Made by a program: the position numbers and the translations under genes. The notes beneath the pieces are model-generated. The model saw only the letters and a program-made list of their open reading frames with translations. It did not search any database and was not told the origin of the DNA. Source: Vulcanimicrobiota bacterium (GTDB taxonomy: Bacteria > Vulcanimicrobiota > Xenobia > Xenobiales > QWHO01). Taken from it: DNA of 64,000 nucleotides. Position 1 is the stretch's first letter, and each line of letters begins with the position of its first letter. Below, in pieces: positions 55,601 through 63,554 of the stretch. The stretch covers positions 2,731-66,730 of the forward strand of contig JBDHVW010000040.1 in NCBI GenBank assembly GCA_039809865.1, written 5' to 3'.

Positions 55601-56089
55601 TTCCGCCTGGGCGTAGTGACGGCGACGCACCAGGCGGTCGAGCAGGCTCTCGGGACCTCCGGTCAGGCAGAGCATCGAGCCGGTGCGTCCACGCAGCTCT
55701 TCCAGTGCCAGCGAGCGCGGCTCTTGCTTGCCAGGCGGCACGACCTCGGGCGCCTCGGCCAGCCGCTCGCCGGGAGCCATCAGCGAGTCGGCCGAGAACC
55801 CGTGCACCAGGCTGCACAGCTGGCAGAGCTGCTGATACCCTTCGCGGCTGGTCACCAGCAACACCAGTGGGAACCCTCCGGCATCCAGGGTGGCCCCGAA
55901 GATCGGCCGCACCCCGTAGCGCCGGCAGGCCGCCGCGAACCGCACCAGCCCGTAGACCCCGTGCCGATCCGTCAGCGCCACCGCCGGCTGCCCGTGCCGC
56001 GCCGCCTCGGCCACCAGCGCATCGGGGGCCGCGCCCCCGGCCAGAAACGAGAACCAGCTGCGCGCATGCAGGTGCACTACGGAGCTCAT
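52610..56089 (-). CDS. dnaE2: Error-prone DNA polymerase III alpha subunit (DnaE2/ImuC type)
   Basis: HARSWFSFLAGG PHP start, GRGSAANS, MPDIDVDF, PRHLGLHSGG, YGFCRSHAAAFA and RQRPPTAKG. Confidence 0.85.
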   Translation of the reverse strand: MSSVVHLHARSWFSFLAGGAAPDALVAEAARHGQPAVALTDRHGVYGLVRFAAACRRYGVRPIFGATLDAGGFPLVLLVTSREGYQQLCQLCSLVHGFSADSLMAPGERLAEAPEVVPPGKQEPRSLALEELRGRTGSMLCLTGGPESLLDRLVRRRHYAQAEEWLERLGELFPGRLYVELANRLQPGDVEGMRQLVRLSERTGVPTVASNAVRYAGPDDYAVYDALSCVRLGISVGDPHPERPVNDSAYLCDAAELARRVPYPEALARTLEVAERCQMELLAEEITPPTAQLPAGRQPSDYLRELCYAGWDKRYPAGVPARAGISREPAPQLQRQAPMAMAAYGPPGLGWDLEPAPKASKKLSSVDCRLSTVDPLVSPVVPAEVLQARQAYDSREKARQQLEHELKVVQDLQLEEFFLVVREVVDFARSQGIRCAGRGSAANSIIAYVLGITAVDPQAHNLLFERFLHRGRKGMPDIDVDFDSERREEVIAWMERRFGVEHSAMTANVITYRLKLALRDMLKVLGFTPEQVDRTGHLLGPWDGLDDLKARQGELAEVLGAEAPIATVLKLVERILGCPRHLGLHSGGVVLAREPLSRFSPVQTSAGGVRQLQFDKDDIEALGLIKFDVLGLRMLAVLSEALELQRAFDGTEIPLDDLTLDDEPSFELIRSGKTLSLFQIESPGQISLLSRTQPRVFRDLVAQVALFRPGPLQGKMVNPYVERITGNQPIEYTHPSMEPILKDTYGVILFQEQVLEISHQFAGMSLDEADEFRRLMSKFRDPGCMRNMRTRFVEGAMKTQGVSLELAEEVFRQVSAFVGYGFCRSHAAAFARTVFHSAYLKRHHPAAYMAAFLQHLPGFFPRSTVLEEIRHMGVRILPVDAWRSGVRYRLELYRGEPAIRLPLTAVNGFSPEQATRFVQRRAGSLDELLVRADLPVDLWETLARAGAFDARLERRDALWRVGLFRARAGGGYVEAPRLRPGGPSGGPRAPRSRRLRARPSGPEQLPLLVEPADSHLLPELQPLAAELTMTWDYSTQGFSPQAHPLARHRAELERRGVRPIADLHAARDKQSICVGGLVVLRQRPPTAKGVMFLLLEDETERVQCVLMPSVYERFKLIVGREGAVIVNGLVERAGRYHRCLLVSDARPMGLKVFASEDRV
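54968..54995. repeat. 7-bp tandem repeat GTCGAC(A/G) x4 inside dnaE2
   Basis: gtcgacg gtcgaca gtcgaca gtcgaca, read as SVDCRLSTVD in the protein. Confidence 0.85.
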
Positions 56090-56122
56090 CGAATTTTCCT
56101 CGTGTAGTTTCCCACGTTTTTG

Positions 56123-56152
56123 ACCTTACCACACCCGCGTTGTTTTCGTCAA
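56123..56152 (-). promoter_or_regulatory. Sigma70-type promoter of dnaE2
   Basis: Minus strand TTGACG, 18 nt, then TAAGGT, with TG of an extended -10. A CGAA-N3-TTCG palindrome lies just upstream (56159-56169). Confidence 0.55.
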
Positions 56153-56207
56153 ATTTAACGAAGCATTCGAAAATGAACTCTCCGGGTGGGCGTCACGTAT
56201 CCCTGCT

Positions 56208-56687
56208 ATGCGAGCGACGGTCCTCTGGATTTTTGTTCTCGTCACCCTCACAGCGGTCTTCTCCCCGATGTCCGTCCGCTCAGAGAAGAGACGGGCAGCC
56301 CCCCCGCTCACTCTCGACGGGATCTCACTGGGAATGACGCGTTCCGAAGCCTCGATCCAACTAGAGAAGAGATACGGCGGAGACATAGAGCCTATCTGCG
56401 GAGTGAAGACCTGGGTGGAGTACGGCCCTGACGACCGCGTCACTCGAGTCGAGGGAATGACGCTGTCCAACGGCTTGCGGGTCGACGGCCAAGTAGAAGA
56501 TCTGAGGGGCCTGGGAATCCAACTCCGGACCTTCAACCTACCGCAAGTCTACCGGGTCAAAGAGCTGAAGCTGACCGTGGTGACTGTCGAGTGCTTCATC
56601 GACAGGCTGATCCTAGAGAACGACTTCTCAGACAAGGAATTCCCCCCGCCACGCGGTCCACTTGCGCCGAGCGGAGCGCATCGCTGA
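56208..56687 (+). CDS. Exported hypothetical protein
   Basis: N-terminal hydrophobic segment and TLDGISLGMTRSE. Confidence 0.55.
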   Translation: MRATVLWIFVLVTLTAVFSPMSVRSEKRRAAPPLTLDGISLGMTRSEASIQLEKRYGGDIEPICGVKTWVEYGPDDRVTRVEGMTLSNGLRVDGQVEDLRGLGIQLRTFNLPQVYRVKELKLTVVTVECFIDRLILENDFSDKEFPPPRGPLAPSGAHR

Positions 56688-56756
56688 CATCATAGAAAGC
56701 AAACGCACCCGGCGCCGTGCGCGAGTGCGAAGCGACCACCAGCCCCGTGGTGAGGC

Positions 56757-57371
56757 TCAGTCGAAGAACCTGATCGACGAGAGCGGCACCGCGCCGCCGG
56801 CCTGGGGAGCGGCGTCGGCCGGGGTCTCGGCTGGCCGACTGGCGCGCAGGGCGTCCAGGGCCTGAGCGCCTTCCCAGGTGATGCTGAGCCAGCCCTCGGT
56901 CTGACCGGCCGGAGGCACGACCCAACCCCGACGCTCCAGCTCTTTGAAGACCGGAGCGCAATCGTGACGGCTGAACTTGGTCTCGTTCATGATGCGACCG
57001 GCCTGAGCGCGATCCTGGTTCTGGCTGGCGGCCTGAAAGCGCTGGGTGGTCTCCATGATCTTGAAACGGCGATCGGCAATCTTGTCCATGACCGCCTGAT
57101 CGACCAGCTTGTTGGCCTCGACGTGATCGATACCGGCGGGCAGAATCACGACCTCGTTGCCCACGCGCTTCTCGAGCAAGGACTTGTTGTGCAAAGCATC
57201 GACCAGGTTGCGGCCGTTGGGGCCGATATCCAGCTCGAGCTTGTCGCGGCCCGTCGAAAAGGCGCTCTGACCAATATCATTCTTGCGTAACCACTGCACG
57301 ACGTCAAAACGCGCCTCATCCGCGTAAAAGCTGTGGTACATAGCCGCCAAAAGCTCATCCTGAACGTTCAC
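56757..57371 (-). CDS. Hypothetical protein, possibly two winged-helix units
   Basis: GGAGG SD plus GTG. LVDALHNKSLL...ILPAGIDHVE and FKELERRGWV...ITWEGAQAL resemble wHTH C-termini. Confidence 0.6.
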   Translation of the reverse strand: MNVQDELLAAMYHSFYADEARFDVVQWLRKNDIGQSAFSTGRDKLELDIGPNGRNLVDALHNKSLLEKRVGNEVVILPAGIDHVEANKLVDQAVMDKIADRRFKIMETTQRFQAASQNQDRAQAGRIMNETKFSRHDCAPVFKELERRGWVVPPAGQTEGWLSITWEGAQALDALRASRPAETPADAAPQAGGAVPLSSIRFFD

Positions 57372-57453
57372 TCTTCCTCCGGTCCACCCTGCTCTCTTTG
57401 TCTGTCGTGACTAAGGTTCGCTCGCCAGACGGCCATTTCCTGTGGCTAAACGC

Positions 57454-57488
57454 AACGGGTCCCGGACCTGTCAGGCCCGGGACCCGTT
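57454..57488 (-). terminator. Strong hairpin/terminator after the stress operon
   Basis: AACGGGTCCCGG...CCGGGACCCGTT 12-bp stem. Confidence 0.65.
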
Positions 57489-57507
57489 CGTGCGACTCCA
57501 AACGATC

Positions 57508-58002
57508 TCAGCGACCGTTGGCGCCTACCGTCTCGGCCCCTCCGAGGAAGCGCTGGACCGCGCCATCCATCATCTCGGACAGCGCCGGCTTGATCGTCTC
57601 GCGGGCCACGTCGCGCATCATTCCGATGAGCATCGTGAAGGCCGCGCCCTTGACCATCTTCAGCTCGGCGTCGAACATCGGCACCAGCCGATCCGCCAGA
57701 GAGCTGCCCCGGGTGTGCTCGTGATGGGCGCCATGCTTGCTCAGCATGTGGCCCACGGCTGCACCGAGGACGATGGAGCCGGCAAAGAACGTCCAGGGAC
57801 GTTCGTTCACCTGATGCGACAAGCTGACGGTCTCCTTCACCTTCTCGATCCCCTCCCCGACCACATCGCGCGCCTCGCGCACGGTGCCCCGGACCTCGCT
57901 CTCGAGACGGCCGAGCTTGTCGCTCAGGGCCGCGCGAGTGCCTTCGATATTGCGCCGGATCTGCTCCGGCTCTTTCTCTAGGTTGTCCCTGCTGCTATCC
58001 AT
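57508..58002 (-). CDS. DUF3618 family protein
   Basis: PEQIRRNIEGTRAALSDKLGRLE and VNERPW...GAAVG. Confidence 0.75.
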   Translation of the reverse strand: MDSSRDNLEKEPEQIRRNIEGTRAALSDKLGRLESEVRGTVREARDVVGEGIEKVKETVSLSHQVNERPWTFFAGSIVLGAAVGHMLSKHGAHHEHTRGSSLADRLVPMFDAELKMVKGAAFTMLIGMMRDVARETIKPALSEMMDGAVQRFLGGAETVGANGR

Positions 58003-58394
58003 CGAGCATTCTCCTTCATCGTCTCAATCGTCTGGTGGGGCACGAAATCAGTCTTCTCGGCGGCGCTCCGGCCCAACGAGAAACTGACCGCGGCTCCCAC
58101 GCCGTAAAGCAAGCCCACGATGCCGAACGAGGCGCCCAGCGGGATCGCAAACGCCCAGCTCAGCAGGTGAACCAGCCCGAACGAGAGCATCAACGTGGCC
58201 AGACCAGCCAGCGCAAGGCTCGCGCTCATGCCGACAGCGGCTTCCTTAGCGGTCACCAGCTCGGACTTCAGCTCGGCTTTCGCCAGAGCCACCTCCTGTC
58301 GAAACAGGGTTTGCGTGTCCTGCACGATGCCGCTGACCAACGGAGGGATGTTGGTCTCCGCCTCGGCCTTCACCTGACTGAGCTCGCGCATCAT
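57978..58394 (-). CDS. Holin-like (YhjD/Phage_holin_3_6) membrane protein of stress operons
   Basis: TLFRQEVALAKAEL, two TM helices, and PHQTIETMKEN. Confidence 0.8.
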   Translation of the reverse strand: MMRELSQVKAEAETNIPPLVSGIVQDTQTLFRQEVALAKAELKSELVTAKEAAVGMSASLALAGLATLMLSFGLVHLLSWAFAIPLGASFGIVGLLYGVGAAVSFSLGRSAAEKTDFVPHQTIETMKENARWIAAGTT

Positions 58395-58900
58395 GACCTG
58401 GTTCTCCGGGCCGACAGGATGCTGCCGAGCAGGATACCGAGGCCGAATCCGACCACCATCGCCTCGACGGGGTGGTTGCGGATGAGTCCGGTCGCCTTCT
58501 CGCTCAGGTCGTCCACTCCGTTCTCCTGCAGGAACTGGCCGCCGGCCTCGAGCCGATCCGCCACTCCCGTCATGCCGCGATCGCGCGCCTTGTCGGCCGC
58601 GGCCGAGAGCTTCTCGCCCATGCTGAAGAGCGAGCGGTCCGTCTTGTCGTGCAGGTCGGCCGCCATATCGGAGGCCTTCTCCTTGAGCTGGGCGGCCTTC
58701 TCGGGGAAGTTCTCCTTCAAGTCCGCGGCTTTGTCCTTGAGCTCGGAGATCTTGTCGGAGGCGGCGCTCTTGAGGTCAGCCGCTTTCTCCTGCAGATCGT
58801 TTTTGAGCTCGGAAGCCTTATCCTTGAGGTTGCTCGCTGCCGCGGAAGCTTTCTCCTTGAGATCGCTCTGGGCCTGATCGAATTCCAAATCTTGAGACAT
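58391..58900 (-). CDS. DUF883/ElaB-like protein with LEA-like 11-mer repeats
   Basis: Repeats of LKEKA/LKDKA, and C-terminal IRNHPVEAMVVGFGLGILLG. Confidence 0.78.
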   Translation of the reverse strand: MSQDLEFDQAQSDLKEKASAAASNLKDKASELKNDLQEKAADLKSAASDKISELKDKAADLKENFPEKAAQLKEKASDMAADLHDKTDRSLFSMGEKLSAAADKARDRGMTGVADRLEAGGQFLQENGVDDLSEKATGLIRNHPVEAMVVGFGLGILLGSILSARRTRS

Positions 58901-58987
58901 GATCGTGTGTGTCCTCCTGCCAAGTTCTACTAGCAGTGTAGGACAGACGCGAAAAAGGCTGCAGAGAAGCCCGTCCCTCTTCGAAGG

Positions 58988-59554
58988 TTACTGGCGTCCT
59001 GCCAGGCAAAGGGTGCGGTAGTCCGGACGCTCGCCCGCATGCTCCGCGCGCCAGGCCTTGACGACCTGGCCGTTCTCCACCAGAATCGCCCCGCCCAGCT
59101 GATGCCAGTCGGCGGTCGGCCAGCTGGCGCCGTGGCGGCGCGCCTCCCAGGCGCGGCTGACGACCTGCCAGGTCAACTGGAAGCGGCCGAGGCGATAATG
59201 CCGGTAGAGACTGGCCTCCGGGTCGGAAAAACGGGGAACGTCGCCCAGGCCGGCGGCGCCCAGCGCCCGGGCGGCCTCCTCCTCGGTGTTGAGGTGCACC
59301 AGGGCCAGCGAGACGCCCAGTTCGTCGCGCAACTTGGCCAGATCGCTGACAGCCTCGCGACAAAAAGTGCAGCCAAAATGACGCAAGAAAACGATCAGCA
59401 GCGGGCCCGACTGCGAGAGCTGCAACAGCGATTTGCCCTGATTGGTGACCGCCTGCCCGAGGTCGCGCGGCAGCATCTGGCGTCGCCGGGTGCGCAGCCA
59501 GAACAGAAATCCGAAGAAGGCCCCGGAGGCCAACAGCAGGCCGAGTTTTCTCAC
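58988..59554 (-). CDS. AhpC/TSA-like (SelL-related) redoxin with N-terminal membrane anchor
   Basis: LIVFLRHFGCTFCRE (CxxC), SDPEASLY and QLGGAIL. The GTG overlaps the upstream stop. Confidence 0.8.
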   Translation of the reverse strand: MRKLGLLLASGAFFGFLFWLRTRRRQMLPRDLGQAVTNQGKSLLQLSQSGPLLIVFLRHFGCTFCREAVSDLAKLRDELGVSLALVHLNTEEEAARALGAAGLGDVPRFSDPEASLYRHYRLGRFQLTWQVVSRAWEARRHGASWPTADWHQLGGAILVENGQVVKAWRAEHAGERPDYRTLCLAGRQ

Positions 59555-60204
59555 AGGTAGACCACCACTTCCGCTTTCTTGAGCAAACGACCTTCGTGGC
59601 GAAAGCCGCGGCTCACGCAGCGGTCGACGCGATCGCGCTGCGAGGGGTCGGTCCCCCGGACAACCTTCAAAGCGTTCTGCTCGTTGGGGTTGTAAGGACT
59701 GCCGGAGGCAGGGCGAATCTCCTCCAGGCCGGCCGCCTGCGCCAGAGTCGTGAGGCGGCCGTCGAGGGTGCCAAAGAATGGCAGGTCGGGATCGTGGGAC
59801 CGACGCGACGCCTCGCACAGCTCGACCAGCTCGGGGACCAGCAGAGTGCTCAGGTTGACCAGCGCCAGGCGCAACTCGTCCATGCCAGCGTCGCTCGAAG
59901 CGATGCGTTGCGCCTCGCCGGCCAGCGTCTCCAGGGGGCTGAGGAGGGCGTCGGGCGCCTCGTCGATGAGAGCGCGGGCAGCTTGCTCGATGCGCCGGGC
60001 GAATTCCCACAGGGCCCGGTGCTCGGGATCGGCCGGAGGAGCGCTCTCTCCCCCGCCGAGCCGCCTCTCCAGCGCTTCGATGCGAAGCCGCAAATCACGG
60101 TTTTCGTGGAGCAAGCGCTCCATCAACTCGCGCTGAAACTCCTCCTGCGTGTGAAAAAGCTCCTCGCGAATGCGCCAGATCTCCTCGCGGAGAGAGTCGT
60201 CCAT
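59551..60204 (-). CDS. GrpE-like protein
   Basis: Coiled coil followed by GLEEI.P..GSPYNPNEQNAL...RGFRHEGRLLKKAEVVV. Confidence 0.75.
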   Translation of the reverse strand: MDDSLREEIWRIREELFHTQEEFQRELMERLLHENRDLRLRIEALERRLGGGESAPPADPEHRALWEFARRIEQAARALIDEAPDALLSPLETLAGEAQRIASSDAGMDELRLALVNLSTLLVPELVELCEASRRSHDPDLPFFGTLDGRLTTLAQAAGLEEIRPASGSPYNPNEQNALKVVRGTDPSQRDRVDRCVSRGFRHEGRLLKKAEVVVYL

Positions 60205-60206
60205 GG

Positions 60207-63200
60207 TCAATAGGCCTTTCCGTAGTCGGTGCTGGCGATCGGTTCGAACTCCATCGGCTCGTGGCCCTCCAAAGTAAGCGTCAGGCGAAGCGAGAGATCC
60301 GGCAGCACGCGGAAGGTGAGCTCGACCTCCTCCAACTCGAAGGGGTCCATTTCGTCCGGAACCTCGATGTCGAACTGGCGGATCGTCTCGATATCCGGAT
60401 TGGGTCGGCCCTCGACGTCGAGCAGGCGCTCTTCCAGGCCGGTATTCTCCAGCACCGGCAGGACGTTCATGCCGGGTTGCAGGACCACGCCGGGCAGCGT
60501 GACGGTGAGCCCCTCGGGCGGGATGGCCACCCCCGCGCCCACCAGCTCGTGAAAATAGGCGTGCCCGGCGTCCACGACCTTGATGCCCAGCCGGCTGGTC
60601 GTGGCGGTCAGGCTCTGCTGCTGGCGCGCCAGGCGCACGCGCACGCTGGGGCGCAGGGCGCCGGCCGCGATCTGCACTCCGCTGCCCACCTTGCCGGGCA
60701 GATGCGTGGTGCAGGCGCCTTTGACGACACACTCCTTGGCTTCCTCGGGCGTCACGTAGCGGCAGGCGGGATAGGCCGCCCGCAAGACCTCGTCCACGGC
60801 CGGTAGTTTGGAGGCCTTGCCCACCCGCAGCAGCACGTCTGGCTGGGCGAGCTGGTGATTGGCCAGGAGGCGAGCGATGACCTCGACCGTCTCCTGCAGG
60901 CGCGGCCGCACGCGCTCCTGAACCTCCTCCAGCAGCGGAGCCCCGGCCTGCTTGAACAGGAAGCTCCCCGGCACCATCCGCTCCTGGCCGTCGAAGCGGA
61001 AGGTCAGGTTCTGGAACGTGGCCCGCACCTCGTCCTCGGGGGCCCGGCTGGCCAGGGCCACTTTGAGGCGCTCGGCCCAGAGGCGCAGGGTGTTGCGATT
61101 GGTGCGGGCAGCCAGGCTGGCGTCCTCGCCGGGGAGCTCGACCTTGCCCGCGTTCTCGGAGAGGCGCACGGCGCGCAGCAATCGCTCCACCAGCAGCTCG
61201 CGCACCACCGCGGTGACGTCCTCACCGCCCATCCAGCGCTGTCCGCTGGCCCCGAGCACGGTGGGGGTCACCACGTAGCCGTAGGCGTGCTCGCCCGCCA
61301 CGCTCTCGCCCACGATGCCCTGCAGCAGCTCCTGGCGCGTGAAGACGCGCTCGCGCGGAGTGCCGTCCACGCGGTAGCTGAGCATCACCTTCTCGTTGAC
61401 CTGCGCGTTGTGGGCCAGGCTGCGGAAGTCGGGCTCGGCGCCGGCGGCGCGCACGCAGCTGTCCACGAACTGGCCCAGCACGAAGCTGTTGCTGGCGGCC
61501 AGCTCCTCGTCCTCGCCGGGCAGAGCCACGGGAAATCCCGTCTCGCGCCGCAGGATGCCCTGGCAGTGCTCCAGCAGTCGCTTCATCAAACGCACCGGCA
61601 TGGGCTCGGCCACCTGGCCCCCGGGACGCAGCTTGCGCTGGGAGTCGATGCGGAGCAGCGTGATGTCCAGCGTGCCCCCGCCGTAATCGTAGACCAGCAG
61701 ATGATAGGTGAGCTCGTCGGTGCTCGCGGCCTCGTGCAGCGGGGCGTGGCTGCGCCAGTCGTTGAGGTAGTGCAGCGCGGCTCCCACCGGCTCGTGCAGC
61801 GTGGACGGCTCCTCGCTGGCGTCAAAGGCCGGCCCGAAGCGTTTGCGCTGCTCCTCGAGCGCATCGAAGGCGGCCGTCTTGAGCTCCTCGATCTGGTGCA
61901 TCGAGAAGCGTGAAGGGTGGGTGATCAGGCAGCGGCGCAGCACCAGATCGGCCCGCCCCTGCGAGGCCAGGTGCTCCATCGCCTTCTCCACCACGTGGGC
62001 GTAGAGATCGCGCATCGCTTGAGCGGGAGTGAGAGCCACCGTCTCGGCGGGCTCGTCCACGGGCACGACCTCGAAGCGAAAATCGCGATCGCCCAGGCGG
62101 CGCTTGGCGCCCGAGACCACGGCGCGGGCCGCCGCCGCGTGGCCGGCCTGCTCCCAGGCCCAGGTCCCGGTGCGATAGCGGCGGGCGGCCACCATCTCGA
62201 GATAGCACAGCACCGAGGGCATCGTCTGCGCCGAGCTTGGCTCGAACTGCGTGCCCAGCGGCGCATCGCTCAACAGCGAGCCCTCGGAGTCGAGCGCCAG
62301 CAGGTCGACCTTGCGGTTGTCGTCCACCAGGGCGGCGCAGGTATTGGTGGTGCCCAGATCGACCACCAGCCAGCCCGGATACTCCGACGCCTCCCGGCGC
62401 CGCACGCGCACGTAGTAATCGCGCGCCAGGGGATCGTTGGAGATGAAACCGAGCCGCGCCGTGCCGTCCTCCACCGCGCCGATCGTGAACATGAGCTCCA
62501 GGGATTCTCCGGTGGCGATCCGCCAGGGCAGCGGAGGCGCGTCGGGACAGGTGAACCAGGGAGCGTCGATCTCGAGCTGGTGGATGACCAGATCCAGGCG
62601 GCCGCGCGCGCCGGGCGGGCCATTGGAAACGACCACGCGCACGGGTCGGTGGTCGCTGACGCGCAACAGCAGGTCGAAATCCAGCCGGCGACTTTCGGGA
62701 AACGGCGCCACCGTCAGCTCCGGTCCGAGCACGAAGCCCACCTCGAGCGGCACGTCCAGCGGCAGTCCCTCGCCCCGCGTGCGGGTTCCCCGGTCGGTGC
62801 AGCGCAAACGCAGGGAGGCGCGCCGCTTGAGCCCTTCGGTCGAGGCGGAGGCCGAGTCGCGCAGGTCCTGGGCGGTATCCGGCCGCACCCTCAGCCGCAG
62901 GGGAATGCGCGCCAGTTGGCGAGCGTCCATCTCCAGGGGATACTCGACCGTCTCGGCCAGCTCCAGGTCGGCCCATGTGCCGGTGAACTCGGGCGGCGAT
63001 TCGAGCCACAGGTGGCCGGTGCGCAGCAACAGCACGCCGTCGATCACGGGCTGGCTCTCCGGCAGCAACAGCACCTCCTGCGTGGCCAGGTCGAGGCTGA
63101 ACTCGGGCGGGGGCGAGAACTCCAGCGTGCCGGTCGCGATCAGGGGCGCCACGCCGGGCGAGCCGGGCACCTCCACCTGGATGCGCGCCTCCTGAACGGA

Positions 63201-63554
63201 GTCTTCCTTACCGGGAACTTTCAGACGCGAGATGCCCACGTGCACGGCCTGACCTGGCGCGAGCGGCTGGGGCACGAGCGCGGCCGTGTCGAGGCCGAGC
63301 CAGGCGGACTCGGAGCGCACGTCGTCTTGACCCACGGTGACCGTGCCGGCGTCCCCGACGTGCCGCACCAGCACGCGCATGGCGGGGCGGCGCTCGCGGT
63401 TGAGAACGGGCGGGTCGAGCGGAAACCACTCCTCGCCCTGCTTGTATTCGAAGCCCACCTCGAGCTCGACGAGCCGCCCGCCGCACCAGGCGCAGAACGA
63501 GTCGGTGGGCAGGAGGGTCCAGCCCAGACAGGACGGGTCCTGGCAGGTCAGCAC
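60207..63554 (-). CDS. Hsp70-family protein with N-terminal Zn ribbon and Ig-like domains
   Basis: CQDPSC...FCAWCG; VDLGTTNT; ITHPSRF; HEPVGAA; YDYGGGTLDI; MGGEDVT; VGKASKLP; KECVVKGA. GTG start at 63554. Confidence 0.85.
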   Translation of the reverse strand: MLTCQDPSCLGWTLLPTDSFCAWCGGRLVELEVGFEYKQGEEWFPLDPPVLNRERRPAMRVLVRHVGDAGTVTVGQDDVRSESAWLGLDTAALVPQPLAPGQAVHVGISRLKVPGKEDSVQEARIQVEVPGSPGVAPLIATGTLEFSPPPEFSLDLATQEVLLLPESQPVIDGVLLLRTGHLWLESPPEFTGTWADLELAETVEYPLEMDARQLARIPLRLRVRPDTAQDLRDSASASTEGLKRRASLRLRCTDRGTRTRGEGLPLDVPLEVGFVLGPELTVAPFPESRRLDFDLLLRVSDHRPVRVVVSNGPPGARGRLDLVIHQLEIDAPWFTCPDAPPLPWRIATGESLELMFTIGAVEDGTARLGFISNDPLARDYYVRVRRREASEYPGWLVVDLGTTNTCAALVDDNRKVDLLALDSEGSLLSDAPLGTQFEPSSAQTMPSVLCYLEMVAARRYRTGTWAWEQAGHAAAARAVVSGAKRRLGDRDFRFEVVPVDEPAETVALTPAQAMRDLYAHVVEKAMEHLASQGRADLVLRRCLITHPSRFSMHQIEELKTAAFDALEEQRKRFGPAFDASEEPSTLHEPVGAALHYLNDWRSHAPLHEAASTDELTYHLLVYDYGGGTLDITLLRIDSQRKLRPGGQVAEPMPVRLMKRLLEHCQGILRRETGFPVALPGEDEELAASNSFVLGQFVDSCVRAAGAEPDFRSLAHNAQVNEKVMLSYRVDGTPRERVFTRQELLQGIVGESVAGEHAYGYVVTPTVLGASGQRWMGGEDVTAVVRELLVERLLRAVRLSENAGKVELPGEDASLAARTNRNTLRLWAERLKVALASRAPEDEVRATFQNLTFRFDGQERMVPGSFLFKQAGAPLLEEVQERVRPRLQETVEVIARLLANHQLAQPDVLLRVGKASKLPAVDEVLRAAYPACRYVTPEEAKECVVKGACTTHLPGKVGSGVQIAAGALRPSVRVRLARQQQSLTATTSRLGIKVVDAGHAYFHELVGAGVAIPPEGLTVTLPGVVLQPGMNVLPVLENTGLEERLLDVEGRPNPDIETIRQFDIEVPDEMDPFELEEVELTFRVLPDLSLRLTLTLEGHEPMEFEPIASTDYGKAY

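Noticed and set aside
52679-56107. 1142-aa + strand ORF and similar long antisense ORFs (e.g. 16767-19145, 26285-28447, 37941-39941, 41180-43375)
   Set aside because: These are shadow frames of well-supported genes, expected in high-GC DNA, and they show no recognisable motifs.
57978-58394. Holin-like gene as a prophage indicator
   Set aside because: Its DUF883-like and DUF3618 neighbours form a common bacterial stress operon, and there are no phage structural or lysis genes.
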